DNA from: Vicugna vicugna
Lineage: Eukaryota
Reading direction: 5' to 3'
DNA: 64,000 nucleotides
NCBI GenBank assembly: GCA_013265495.1
Contig: MU057377.1
Span: 434,001-498,000 of the forward strand
Shown here: in pieces, positions 25,530-38,419 of the stretch
Numbering within the stretch: the stretch's first letter is position 1
How the letters are laid out: every line of letters starts with the position of its first letter
Made by a program: the position numbers and the translations under genes
Notes under the pieces: generated by a model
The model's input: the letters and a program-made list of their open reading frames with translations, nothing else
What the model was told of the DNA's origin: nothing
Databases searched by the model: none

Positions 25530-25750
25530 GGTCTCACAGAGCGGACATGCCCCGACGTGCTGCTGGCGCTCTGGTCCCAGGCGGCTCCCAAGCCATGTGA
25601 GTCAGAAAGGAGCAGGTGCCCTGGAGCCCGGGAGCCTGGGGTGCCCCCTCCGCCCCCGCCGCCCCTCCCCTCCTGCAGGTCCGCACGGGACGGGGACGTC
25701 TACTCCAAAAGCAGCTGTGCTTCTTAGCATCTTACTTACACAGGAGGATG
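25530..25750 (-). other. CRB1: CRB1 5' UTR (exon 1), TSS near 25747
   Basis: Minus strand cctcctgtgtaagtaagatgctaagaagcaca...ggagccgcctgggaccag resembles the recalled human CRB1 mRNA leader. TSS position inferred. Confidence 0.65.
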
Positions 25751-26310
25751 GGGTGGCTTTTCAAACCCGGTGCAGATTTTTTTCCTGCTGGACTGGATTC
25801 ATCCCCCCTCAGACCTTCTGTGATACTTTCCCTCCATGAACAATGCCTCCTCTAAAAGGCTTGCTTTAGGTTAGTGTCCTTAACCATTCTTAACAGAGGA
25901 ATTAATTTCTGGTAACTGTCTTGGCCCACAATTATTATAATCTGGCAACTCTCAGAGGAACACCCTCTTTTTCTGTCTGTTTACTCTCATCTTCAGAGCA
26001 CGGTTCACAGTCTGGTCGATTTCTCCATTCATAAACATACTCTCACAACTCAGATTATGGTTGTTGATAAAACGGACAGAGTTCTGCAGATTATTTAGGG
26101 GCAGTTTTTCTTCATAAACCTAGAGTCCATTTTTAATCCTGTTCATGAATGAAATTTATATCTCCAGGGATTTCTTGAATTTTCACTTTACTGTAATTGA
26201 ATGCAATTATGTTTGCTTATTTTTACATATACTTAAGGTAAATACTACAATATTTTTCTTCAGATTGAATTGATCCAAGCCCTTAAGACTGGATAATCCT
26301 TGGACGCTTC
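25751..26310 (-). promoter_or_regulatory. CRB1: CRB1 proximal promoter with K50 homeodomain (CRX/OTX2-type) motifs
   Basis: TAATCT 25938-25943, AGATTA 26052-26057 and 26088-26093, TAATCC 26134-26139 and 26294-26299, in non-repeat sequence upstream of exon 1. Confidence 0.55.
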
Positions 26311-26699
26311 AAGGAAACATCTGTTAGTGAACATCAGATGCCTTATTCTCTCGGGCTAGTGCTGGACCTGGCCTTCCTCTGCTGTTAAAACTGGTTACTT
26401 GTTACCCTTTAAATAAGCAATTTACATTTCAGATTTTGTTTAAAACCTGAGCACTCTCCAGGCTGAGTGAGTGACAATGCCTAGGCCACTTGATAGACTG
26501 GGGAGGATGTGAACAGCTGCCAGTACAGAATCGGACGGTATCAGGAAACTTTCTGTAAAGTTGTGTTAGTTATGAGTGTCACAAATTAAAGAGAAAATGA
26601 GAGGTTTTCCAAAGACAAAAGTATCAAAGATAATAAGTGGCTGGGAAAACATATTCAACAAGGAATGGCTGAAGAAACTATATGTTGAGCTTGACAACA

Positions 26700-27260
26700 G
26701 GAGAATAAACAGACAGAGCTATCAAACAAATGGGTGAACAAGTGCTACCACGCGTCAGACTTGGGGTAGTTGTTGGAGGAAATCATTACAGAAGACCTAA
26801 CATTTAAGCTGGATGTTCGGGTGTGAGAACAACAAATAAACAGAGGGAACGTGGCGTCTAAGGGCTTCTTAAGAAAAGGGAGCGTGCACAGGAATAGAGG
26901 CCTACAGTGGTTGGCAGATGAAGGAACTGAAAATATTCTGATGTTGCAGAAATACGAGTCTGAACAGGGCGATGTCAGCACATAAAACTCCGTAAACCAC
27001 AAGATCAAGGGACTTTAACTCTTAACATGAAGAAAGGAAACCACTTATAGGTTCTGAACAGTGAATCAGCATAATTAGATTTGCATCTGGGAAGGAAGCT
27101 CCAGGGTCCTGTGGCAGTGGTTGGAGAGGGCCGATGAGATGCACGGACACCAGTGGAAAGGGCACTGTTGGAGCCCACAAGAGAGGTGATGGGGCCCGAA
27201 CTAAATCAGACAGTGGGGACAGCAATCAAAAATGGAATGAAAATAAACCAGACAGATCGA
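26700..27260 (-). mobile_element. L2 LINE fragment
   Basis: acatttaagctggatg...aggaaaccacttataggttctgaacagtgaatcagcataattagatttgcat is a typical antisense L2 pattern. Confidence 0.55.
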
Positions 27261-27699
27261 AAGGACCGAGGTAGAGAACCAGTCAGCAGGAAAGCTGTCC
27301 TTTTCCAGCTCGGGCACTTGGACGGACAGTAATGTGCCCACAGAAGTGGAGACCACAGACAAGGGCTTCCAAGCAAGCAGCAGCAAGCGCTCTCCCCAAG
27401 CCAAACACATTGAAACACACGCATTTGGATAAAATACAACTGTAAAAATACACAGGTAAGCTCCAAAAAAAGAAAAATAAAGAGAAGAAGATATCCAATT
27501 GGGATAGAAATCTCCTGCCCACTCTATCGTTTAATACTCACAGAATTCTGCAAAATATATGAAGTTACCCTGATTTGACAAGTGGCAAAAGAGAGATTAA
27601 GAGATCCAGATTAAATATATAATAAGTGATAGACTCAGATTCAAACTCCGTTCCGTCATTCTGCCGTCCTTAATCCTTGCTATGATGGTACTTACTTTT

Positions 27700-29330
27700 A
27701 ATCATACAAGTAAATTATAAATGCATTCTTGTAAAAATACTCTAAAAAATCTTTGGTGAATACCAGTCTCACACTCCACCTCAGAAGTGACCGTTGTTAC
27801 TGTTGGTGAAGATTGTTTGATACCATTCTAGACTATAGGTTGACAGATAAATAGCAGATGGATAGACAGAGAATAGAAAAATTCTTCAGCTTCTTTTCAT
27901 TTTTCCTTTTTAAAGGATGATATCATGCTATGTGTATTACTGTATTACTACGCAACGTGCGTTCCTCCCCCAGCAGCATGTCCTGGGTGTCCTGGCACAA
28001 TGTTACATCTGTCTGGCTCGCACTGTTTAGTGACACATGGTATTCCAGAATTCGGATGTACCACTGTTTCTTTCTTTTCTTCTGGGCATCAATGTTGTTT
28101 CCAATTTTCTTTATGCAAACAATGATTTAACAATAATCATTTTACACACTTTTTTGTACAAATGCACATCAGTTTCTCTAGGATAAATACTAAAAGCAGT
28201 AATTTGGGGGTTTTGACTATGTTTATTTTTAACTTTAACAGATACTTCACAAAACGAGGTAAGCAATTTCAACTCTTCTCAGCTGTGTGTGAAGGAACCT
28301 GTTTCTCCACATTTTCCCCAGTATTTGATAACATCAAAGGGTAAAACGTACCTAAGTCTCAGTGGGGAGGGGAGAGAACATATGAAACAAGATTGGCCAC
28401 TTGTTGATGAATTTTGAAGCCGACTATTGGGTATGTGAATGTTCGTCATACCATTTTATTCTACTTTTACATAGGTTTTTAAAATTCATAATCAAAATTT
28501 GAAATCTTTAATTTGAATATTTTTCATACTTAAAAAGATTGAGCATCTTCTGAATATCTGTGTTTTCTCTTCAGTGATTTGCCAACTCATATTTGGTTCA
28601 CTTTTTTACTAGCTTTTTAAAAATTTTATTTAATTGTAGAATGTCTTTATAAACTTGGCTCTTAATTCCTACTCTCTTGTAAGTGTTGAAAATACTTCTT
28701 CCAAAATGATTCTTTTAATTTTGCTTATAGTTTTCCTTTATGAAGTTTTAAAAATGTATCTGTCTTACACATGTTTATTTATCTTATTTTTTATGACCTC
28801 TCATTTTTGTCTTATTGAAGAAATGACTACAGGCTTATTAATGTAGGATTTGGTGTCTTATTCCGACATTTATTTTAACTTTTAAAAAATAAGTTTATTA
28901 AAATTTTTTTTATTTTATGACTTTAATTTGTATACAATCCATTTTTATGAATGTGTAACTTATAAATTTAATTTGATTCTGACATAGCCAATGGTCCAAA
29001 AAACTCCCATTAAATTTCAAATTTGAAACCATGTATAACACTCCCATCTGAACATGAATCTGCTTTATTTCACTGTTCTTGTGTGTATTTCTTTGCCCGT
29101 GAACTGAGTTAAAGTTAAAATAAGTCTAGTATGTGGTCTGGTAAGCCTACTTGAGTCTTTCTTTTCAAAATTTTGCCTTTTCTTGCACAATCTCTCTTCC
29201 AGGTTAATTCTATAAGCATCTTGTCAATTTCCATTCAGTGGATTTTCATGGGGATTGCATTCATTGTATAAGTTAATTGACAGGTAATTTATATCTTTTC
29301 AATATTGAATCACCCCATATCTGAATAACC
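27700..29330 (-). mobile_element. Highly degraded old L1 (L1ME-like) fragments
   Basis: tttctctaggataaatactaaaag..., gattgagcatctt..., aagcatcttgtcaatttcc...ttcatggggattgcatt resemble antisense L1 ORF2/3' end. Confidence 0.55.
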
Positions 29331-29959
29331 ACAGAACATTTAACAACAGTATGTCACTATTATATGGCCTCAGGCCTTTGTATATATTTTTTCTTTTAAT
29401 CTTCATCATAGCACTATAAGGTGGATTCTAATTTCTGCCTTTATACAGATGATAAAGACAGATTCACCTTGCGTCAGGGGTCACAGTCACTCTGGAAGAG
29501 AAGAGAATGTAAAGTAAGAAGGGGGAAGGCCAATACACCAATGTGTAATGATTACAGGGTAAGTCAGAGATTTAAGAGGAAAACCAGGAGAACGTAGGGC
29601 AAAGGGAGCAAAGAGAGGAAAGAGGATCAGGAGGGGGAGATGGTGGACAGTGAAAATGCTGCAGGAAAGCTAAGAAGACCCGAACTTACCAGTTGGCTGC
29701 AGCAGTAAGGAGATTTTTATTGACCTTGGTGAGAAGAAGGTCAATGGAGAATTGGGACAGAATTCAGCTCTCACTTATTTTTATGAGCAAGTTGAAAGTT
29801 AGAAAGTAGGGATAGCGAATGCGAGCTACACTTTCCAAAAATCTGGTTGAGGACAGTGTTGTGAAAGAGAAACAGAGACAAAGCACTATTAATTACTAAA
29901 CCGGGGCACACCCAGTACCAATGCCAAGGCTTTCTCCTTACTTGGTACGTTAAATCACA

Positions 29960-30940
29960 TGGGAAGCATTGTCAAATGAGCAGTGATAAACCTTCTTAGC
30001 TTATATTACATGGGTAAATGCTATTAATATAAATGTTCTAGAAATTATATGAAATTCGCAAAATTCAGATATGTCCTAGCGTAAGTCAGAATTTTAGTTA
30101 TCTTAAAATACTGCATGTCACAAAAATAACCAAATTTCTTTGTCAATTGCATTGTAATCAGATCTCTAGATCGCCTTTTTAAGTCTTTTGTCATTTATAG
30201 ACCATTATTATTTTACTCTAATGCTTTGGCAAAAATACTTCATCTACAAGAAGATTCATTGAAAGGATTTTTTGACAAGCACTGGTTCCTGATAACCTTC
30301 ACATCACAGCTGGGTACGCACTGGGTAACCAACAAAGAATCCTAGTGACAAACTGGATGGCTTAACAAACTGCTTACAAAAGATCAGGATTGACAAGGAT
30401 TAGTTACCTAGGGCTGGATAACAATTTTTATGACTTTATGTCTCAAATATTAGTGGCCTTAATCTTTGTTTTCCAGATATAAGAAAACCTTTCCCCTTAA
30501 GCTAATGATGACTTGCAGCAATTTGGTAAATTTTACCTTGGTAAGAAAAATTGAAGCATTTATCTTTCTCTCTATCTGATCCCTCCAGAATTTGGAAACT
30601 CTGAGTGCTTATCCTTATTTTAATGGCAATATTCTTATTTGCATAAGCCCAATATGTTCTTATAACAGGACATAATGGGAAGCAGGGGCTTTGACTGGAA
30701 TGTCTTATTTGAGAATATGTGTAGACTTAGATATGACCAGACAGCTTTAAAGAACTAAGGTGGACTAAGAACTAAGAACCAAGAACTAAGGTGGACTTCA
30801 TGCAGCCATAAAGCCTCTTGAAAAAACAACCTGGTACCTTGCTTACAGGGTTCCCAGGAGCCTCACCAGGTAAATAAAGAAGGTCTCTTCCTGGCAAATG
30901 CAGAAATCTCAAAATATCTTGAGGACTCTCTGTTGAAGAG
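29960..30940 (+). mobile_element. ERV1-class internal sequence remnant (MER4-group-like), non-coding
   Basis: aaaataaccaaatttctttgtcaattg..., tgatccctccagaatttggaaact, ggctttgactggaatgtc, ggtaccttgcttacagggttcccagg match recalled ERV1-int motifs. No ORF. Confidence 0.6.
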
Positions 30941-32342
30941 AGGGCCCATCACAAAATTACTGAATATATTAAAATGTACTGATGGGTGTTGCTGAGTTCT
31001 GCAAAAGTTTGAGTGAGAGACATTTTCTAGAATGGCAGAGAACCCAAATATAAATTTGAGAAGTCACGTTTAATAAGATAAAGGCAATTACTTAATTAAT
31101 TTATTGGTATATATGAACTTACTTTATTCAAACCCTGTAATTGCCTTGAGAAATTATTACACTTCATAAAGATACATAAAGACATCTTCTTAAAAACTGA
31201 TTTACTGAGTTCAGGTGGCAGTCCTGGTTCTACTTAATCTGTGTCCCTCCTCAGAAATTGAAACAGATGAGGCCTTTTTGCTCCCTCTCCTCATTCACTC
31301 ATCACCACCACAGGAAAGTAGAAATAGTGACAGAGCCCGGGATTTGAGTAGGAGAGATACTATGAGAAAAAAAAATTCTGTTCCCATCATAAATCATTCT
31401 GACGCCACTAAGAAAAGACCATGGACCATTCTGAGAAGTTGTTGCCACTGACGTCAATACTAATTTCTAAAATCTTGGCGGACCAAAGCCTTTAGCACCC
31501 TATGGTAGTTTTTTCCTATCTCTTGCTGTAAATAACAACTGCAGAGAATTTTGTGTGCATCGCTCATGACAAGGGGGGACAAGGAGGGCAGAGGGATTCC
31601 TTTCTGTCCCTGGTCCTCAAGGGGCCCGGGTCACATCCCAAGTGAATGGCCCTAAGGTCCAGGAGCCTGCCGTCACCAGACAGCTTTTTATCAAACACAA
31701 ATGCCCAGGCTTTCTCCCCATTAACTATGTTTATATCTATAAATCAATGTTTCTGCCTCCCGTAGAGGAGGAGAGATTTTTGAACAGGGAGGCTGACGAA
31801 AGCACAGTGGAAACTCAGAGTTTGGAGCCGTGGTCACCCACAACTTTCCCACCATCAGCATCTCTAGGACATTCTGGGTGAGCTCTGAGAATATTTCTGT
31901 ACATAAGTACTGGAAAAAAACTCTCCAAACCTCAGATCTACGATTCCAACTTGACTGTAAGTGGTAGCAGAAGCTACCAGCACAAAGGGCTGTTCACTCG
32001 TCACAATCTTGATAGTTTAAGCAAATGAAAGCATAGCCTTAAAAATTCAAATCTGCTAAAAAAAAATTCAAGACACATTTGAGTAATTCTAGTTTGCCAA
32101 GTGAATCTTCGCTTTGCGAAAGGATAAACTCATATACTGTTTTCCTTCTAAAAGTGTTACATATCTTTTTTTCTCCTTCCTTAATAAAACATATTTTGTG
32201 TCAAGTGTGACAGATGGGAACACTCAAATCTACTTCTGTTGTCATAGCATTCAGAATCATTTGTCAAGTCCCAAACATACACCAGGTTTTGGGAAAACAA
32301 AGATAAATTAACCCAGTTGCTTACGTTAAGAGCACATAATAA

Positions 32343-32470
32343 GGAGGGAGGGTACAGCTCAGTGATAGAGCGCGTGCTTAGCATGCACAAGGTCCGGGGT
32401 TCAATCTCCAGCACCTCCGTTAAAAATAAATAAATAAACCTAATTAACTCCCCCCACCAAAAAACAACAC
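32343..32470 (+). mobile_element. tRNA-derived camelid-type SINE (Vic-1-like)
   Basis: ggagggagggtacagctcagtgatagagcgcgtgcttagcatgcacaaggtccggggttcaatctccagc. TSD-like aagagcacata at 32328-32338 and 32471-32481. Confidence 0.9.
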
Positions 32471-32964
32471 AAGAGCACATATTGGTGTAGACAACCACAA
32501 ATTAGAACATAATGAGATAAGTGTTTTAAAACATGTTCAAAGTGCTATGAAAGCATGAGTGCAAAAGTGACGAATTCTGCCTGAAAATTCCAAGACAACT
32601 TCCTGGAAGAGATGCCAATTTAGATGGACTTCTTAAGAGTAGGTAAAAGTATGCCAAGAAACAAAGGTATTTAAGACCCAAGAGAGGGCAGAATGTATGA
32701 ATGCATTTGTGGAATCAGCAAACAACTGAGACTGGCTTGACCAAGGGATGCTGAGAGAGAAAGACTGAAAGGTGTGTCTGGGAGAACTTGTGACCTGGAA
32801 TGTCATGCCAAGCAGTCTGGAGAGTCGAGGGAGGATCACAAGGAAGGGAGCAATATAATCAGATGAGCGGCTAAAATTTAAGGGTGGTAATTCCAGATGT
32901 GCCGTGACGAATAAAATGGGACCAACTGGATAACAGGGGCTGTGGTCATCTGAAGCAGGAAAAG

Positions 32965-33275
32965 GGGGGGTTCAAACCACGGTCTGTAGACCAACTCTAA
33001 ACAGATGCCTATTTTTGTATCACCTGCAAGCTAAGAATGGGTTTTTACATTTTTAAATAGTTGAACACTCTTAATAGAATAATATCTAACATCTAAAATG
33101 CAAAGATTATATGAAATTCAAATTTCTGTGTCCGTAAATAAAGTTTTATTGGAGCACAGCCATGCTCATACGGTGGAAGAGTTGAGTATTTACAACAGAG
33201 ACCATACACTCCGCAAAAGCCTAAATTACTGATGACCTAGACTTTTACTGAAAAAGTCTCCTAACTTTTGGTCTA
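32965..33275. mobile_element. MER58-like hAT-Charlie DNA transposon
   Basis: gctaagaatgggtttttacatttttaaat...gtaaataaagttttattggagcacagccatgctcat...acagagaccata. Confidence 0.8.
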
Positions 33276-33612
33276 GAATGTGAACAAATTGGATGGCTAG
33301 GTCTGATATGAGTTATGTTCAGAGAGACTCTACCAGCATCCCCTGAAAATATTCATGGTTCTAGATATTAACCTAGTTCAATTTCTGGTAACTGATAAGC
33401 ACCCTGAATAGAGAAAAATACCACGACAAGAGAATATTGGGTAAGCTGGCAATAAGCAAATAACCTAAATCCTTTTTCCCAACATCACAGAACCAACTGA
33501 AATACTTTTTTTTTAAAAAATTAAAATATTAGAAAACCCCATACTGCACTGAAAGTGTGGGGAGGAAGCTAGTTCTATGAGACAAACTTCAAGAAATTTC
33601 TAACAGAATGTT

Positions 33613-33898
33613 GGTTTTTTTTTAATTGAAGTATAGTCAGTTATAATGTGTCAATTTCCAGTATACAGCATAATGTCCCAGTCATGCATATACATACATA
33701 CATTCATTTTCATATGTTTTCATTAAAGGTTATTATGAGATCTTGAGTATGGTTCCCTGTGCTAGACAGAAGTTTGTTTTTTATATATTTTTATATATAG
33801 TGGCTAACATTTGCAAATCTTAAATTCCCAAATTTATCCCTTGCCACTCACTTTCTCCCAGCAACCATAAGATTGTTTACTATGTCTGTGAGTCTGTT
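33613..33898 (-). mobile_element. 5'-truncated young L1 3' end with TSDs
   Basis: Reverse complement of the L1 3' UTR. TSD acagaatgtt at 33603-33612 and 33899-33908. Confidence 0.88.
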
Positions 33899-36800
33899 AC
33901 AGAATGTTTCAAAAATGAGGCTAAAAAGGTAGCCAGGGAGAGTCAAGCACACAGCTTCCATTCTGGAGAAAGGGGTTATTTGTCAGCAAATAAGTAGTTA
34001 TTTGTCAGCACATAAGTAGAAGAGATATTTTGAGGAATCGTGATTAAAAGCACAAGGCTTGATATCAGCCAGTCCTGTCTGTAACTCCATCTCTGTGACT
34101 TCATTCATTCAATGTATAGTTAATGCGTTCTGATCGTATACCAGGCAATTACCTGATATTGTCCAAGCTTAACATCTCTCAACCTGTTTCTTAAACAGGC
34201 AGCTTATAGGTTTACTGTAAAATAAAACAACAGCGTCCCCGGCACTCTACAACAGGGATGACGACGAACACTCCTCTGGTGCTGCCCGTGTGCTCAGCCT
34301 TGCCCCAGGCATGTCAACATATGAATTTGGGAGAACACAATTCACCCAGAACACCTGCCTAAATCAGAGCCTCCTTTTTATAGTCTTTCCTCAAATACCA
34401 GGAAGATACTCCTTTCCTCTGTCCCATCATCAGAGATGGACTTTTTACAGTTGTATGTGCTATTGTTTTATTAATCTCAACCTTCTGTACAAAACTGTAA
34501 GCACAATCAAAACTGAAATTAACTCAGTGGCAAGTGGAACACCATTCGTTTGTCCACTCAGTGGATGGTTTCTCTGTGCAATGAATGGCCTGGGTTAGGT
34601 GTCAAGTATCGAGCAGCGTGCAAGTCAGACACGGTCCTAACCCTCATGGACCAGGCGTTTTACTAGAGAAGCAGAGGACAGATGCATAGATACACAGATA
34701 CACAGACACGGAGTAGATAGATACCTAGGTGCACAGACTGATGAGGGAGAGAGGCCATGAATGCCAAGTACAGGGACAAGAGACGCACTGCTGAACAATG
34801 CTAGCAAGTCCATTTTACTTTCTGCCCGAGTTTTTCCTTTTGCCCTGTAAACGTTTAGTTCCTGGCTCCTCCAGCCTTTGCTCCCTGCAGGCTTAGGCGC
34901 TAATTAACAGTCAGCAATGAAAGTCAAGGTTATCAGTACACTGGAAGCTGTCTCTGTCTCTGTCTCCCCACCAGCCCCCTCCACTGTGTAGTGAGATCCA
35001 GCACTAACTTTCTGTTTCTAAATTCAATCTCCGGTTAAAATGTATGATCCGAGTATTTAATGGAATGCTAAAGAATTCTTTTAAAAAGGATAAAAATTAT
35101 TTATGAACGTGATCATAAAATTCTCCAAAAGATACTGTGAAAAAGCAATGTGGAAAATGGTGTGTATAGTAAGCAGGTAACATTTGTGTTACAAAAAGAA
35201 GAGATTGTAATCACAGGGGTCTACTTACATATGCATAAAATATCATTAGAAGAATTAAAAAGAAAAATCAGTAACTTCATTTCACTTTGGGAAGGACACC
35301 TAGGTGTCCGGGGGACAGGAGTGAGCCAGGGATTTTTTTTATAACGTGTTATTTTAGGGTTACATTTTTAAATTTTGAAATTGGTAACTATAGTACTTAT
35401 TTAAAAGCTAGATTAAGAAAAAGTTTCATGATTTCTGTGGCTTTTAATCACGTTTTGTTTAAAAAGTAACATTTTGTTTTAATCCTGTACCAGAGCTTAA
35501 TTGTGGTGAAGACACTTCAAATCAATAATAAAGATACAAATTACAGTTTAAATGTACCTATCTGCAGGGATCTCCTGAATTTGCAAATATGTAGACAATG
35601 CTGACTGTACCATAATTTAATCTTTACCTGATTTTTTCACCATTTATTTTACTGTAGTTTTCAGAAACATTAAAATGTAAGATAATAATAATTTTATGAC
35701 AAGAAGTAGAGCTTTTTTAAGGCTTAGCCCAAGTGTCCCCTCCAGGGGGCTTTTTACATGTCTCACTGAATTCCTTCTTACCATTTGGTGTTTCTGTTTT
35801 TGCTTTGTTTTGTATTTGAAATATTTACCAAACAACCGAGAGTTGGCTACAATAATCACCATTTATCTAACCCTCATCCTGACCCTGTATGTCACCATTG
35901 TCCTACTTTACAGATAAGGAGACTGAGGCCCAGAGTAGTTAAACAATTTAAAGAATTCAAAATCACGTATGTCTGACTCCAGAGCCTGGGTGCTTCCCAC
36001 TCAGTTATATTTTGTTTTGTGTAATTTCTAATGATTTCATTTGCTAATTTTGTAACAAGTCAGCAGTGAGCTTTCTGTGGATGGGAAAACTGTCAGTGCT
36101 CAGTTCTGCCCTTCACAGCACCAAGCAAAACTCTAGGAACTGAACTGCTCTTCATAAAACACTTCTACATGCTGAGGGCATATTTTGTAGAAAATTGTGG
36201 CGTCTGGGAAGAGTCATTAAATACACATATATAATTAAAATGTGAAAATATCTTTCCAGGCTTCAAATATATGCAATTTTGATTGATATGAATGCAGTAA
36301 TCCTTTGGGTATCACAATATTTAAAATTTTATACTTAAATTATATCTGTATTTAAAAATGGCAATATTTCCAAGAAGTGACAACATTTCTAACTACTACA
36401 TAGTCTGTAGCAGCATATTCCCCTGTGCTTACAGGTTAAAGTTGACCTAAGCACCCACTCATGGTCACTTAGATTACCTGCAGTCCAGATTCATGTGATG
36501 ACTGCTTTTCCTGAGTTCCAAAGTTTAAGCTGGTTTTCTTTAGCGTGCAAACTTCCCCTGAGCATTCTGCATTTTACAGACCAAACAAACTGGTTCTGAG
36601 CAGACACTGGCTATCCTCGGGGGAGCTCCTGAAAGCAATGGTGTGTGGTACAGCTCTGCTTACTTTTGATGAATTCCTCCATGAAGAACATGTTTTCCCT
36701 GCCTTGCCTGCGCCCGATACCACCAGGGAGCAATTCCACTGTCACTGATGAATGCTAGCTAGGTCAGACCTTGTCAGTGCAGATGAAAGTCTTGTGATTA

Positions 36801-37764
36801 GTATTCTGTACCTTCTCACTAATGAACCTTCTAATCAGGAAATCTGTCTGCACTTAGAATCCTCTTCTAACTGCTAAGTGCCCTTGAAAGGTTAGACAAG
36901 TGGGAACTAGTAGCATTGTTTTGTTTCGTTTTGTTTTTTCTTGCAACATGTCTTTCAAAATTAGTTATGATTCTGAGGATTAGAGTTGGTTGACTTTGTG
37001 ACAGTGACAGCCTTGGTTATACCATTCCAACACACAAACAGAAGTTACAAAAGACACAAAAATTACATGTAATCATAATGAGAAACTTTTCTGCAAATAT
37101 TCAAGTTTTGAGGGGAACATTTTGACAGTAGAAAAAATATTTGAGTATTTGTACCACACTTTGCTAGAAGAACATTTAATTGGAAAAGTTATATGTGAAA
37201 AAGATTTTGCACTAATAAGCATAAAAAAAGGAGTGACTTCGAGCTCAGTATTTAAGGAAAAGTTACTCAGCATAACCTGAGTAGCTTTTGGCTTAAATGC
37301 AATAAGGTATATGGTCTTAACTGCACGAGGATGCACTTGTGACTGCTTCAGATCAATTATACATCTCATTCAATCTGACAGCAGCAGCTGTAAGGTGCAT
37401 CATTATTTTATGTATCTCCAAGAAGAAAAATGCTGCCAGTCAAACTATGACAAGGTATTGATTGTAAGTCACATCAGAGATGTTAAAATGTAGGGGAAAT
37501 ATATTCCTTAGAACTGATTAAATAAGTACTGTGAAATATTAAGTATGTAAAAAGCACACAGACCGGGTGCAGGAGTGCAGGATCCCTCATATACTAGCAC
37601 CGCCTTTGCCAACCAACATTTCAGCCAAACCTGTGTTCAACAGGGCCCACGCCTGAGCAGAGTCTGTCTGAACTTACACATTCTTCCTTCTCTGTTTTGA
37701 TTGAGGAGGTTCTCAACACAGCTCTGTCAATAAAATTCTAGTAATTCATTTTGCTGTGTGATCC

Positions 37765-38000
37765 GGAGGTCAGCAACTTTTATGACGGATCAGATGTGAA
37801 ATATTTTAGGGTTTTTGAACCATACATACAGTTTCAGATGCAACTACTCACCCTTGGCCACTGTAGCCCCAAAAGCAGCCACGAACAATTAAAATTTTAT
37901 TTACAGACACTGAATTTTAAATTTCACATAGTTCTCATGTGTCATGAAATTTTATTCTTCTTTTGCTCTTTTTTCAGTCACTTAAGAATCTAAAAATATT
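37765..38000. mobile_element. MER58-like DNA transposon fragment
   Basis: ggtcagcaactttt...aaatattttaggg...caactactca...aaagcagcca...attttaaatttcacata. Confidence 0.6.
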
Positions 38001-38419
38001 CTTGGGGCCTCTTTCAGGACAATGGTTATAGAACTATATTGTCCTCGTCCTTCTGAATTACAACTCAAAGCCCTGGACGTCATGTATATAAGGCAGACAT
38101 AAGGAGACACTGGAAGACAGAAGACAGCAGCCTGGCTCGTGGATTCAGGGCTCAAGAAACGACACGATGATGAGCTCTTTGTGTGTTTTTTTTGTTGTTG
38201 TTGTTCTTTTGGCCTTTTACATCCCAGACATACCCCCAAAGAAGCCAGAGACTCAGAAACGCTGAAGGGTGTGGACAAACAAAGGTCCAGCAAAAGCCTG
38301 CTCTCCTCAGTCAACGGTCCAGAAAAGAGGCAACCTGGCAAGGCAGACACGTCACGACTGATCAGACGGCCAGTAAAAAGGAGTTCCACGCACAGCTCTG
38401 TGCGCACCAATGTGGTAAC

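Noticed and set aside
25509..25855. Plus-strand ORFs over the small GC-rich island
   Set aside because: Antisense to CRB1 exon 1; by-products of high GC content.
30745..30800. Short direct repeats resembling a repeat-spacer array
   Set aside because: Only two copies, in mammalian ERV-derived DNA; slippage duplication, not CRISPR.
32343..32415. tRNA-like sequences (also near 1785 and 17075-17146)
   Set aside because: SINE heads with A/B boxes, A-rich tails and TSDs; not tRNA genes.
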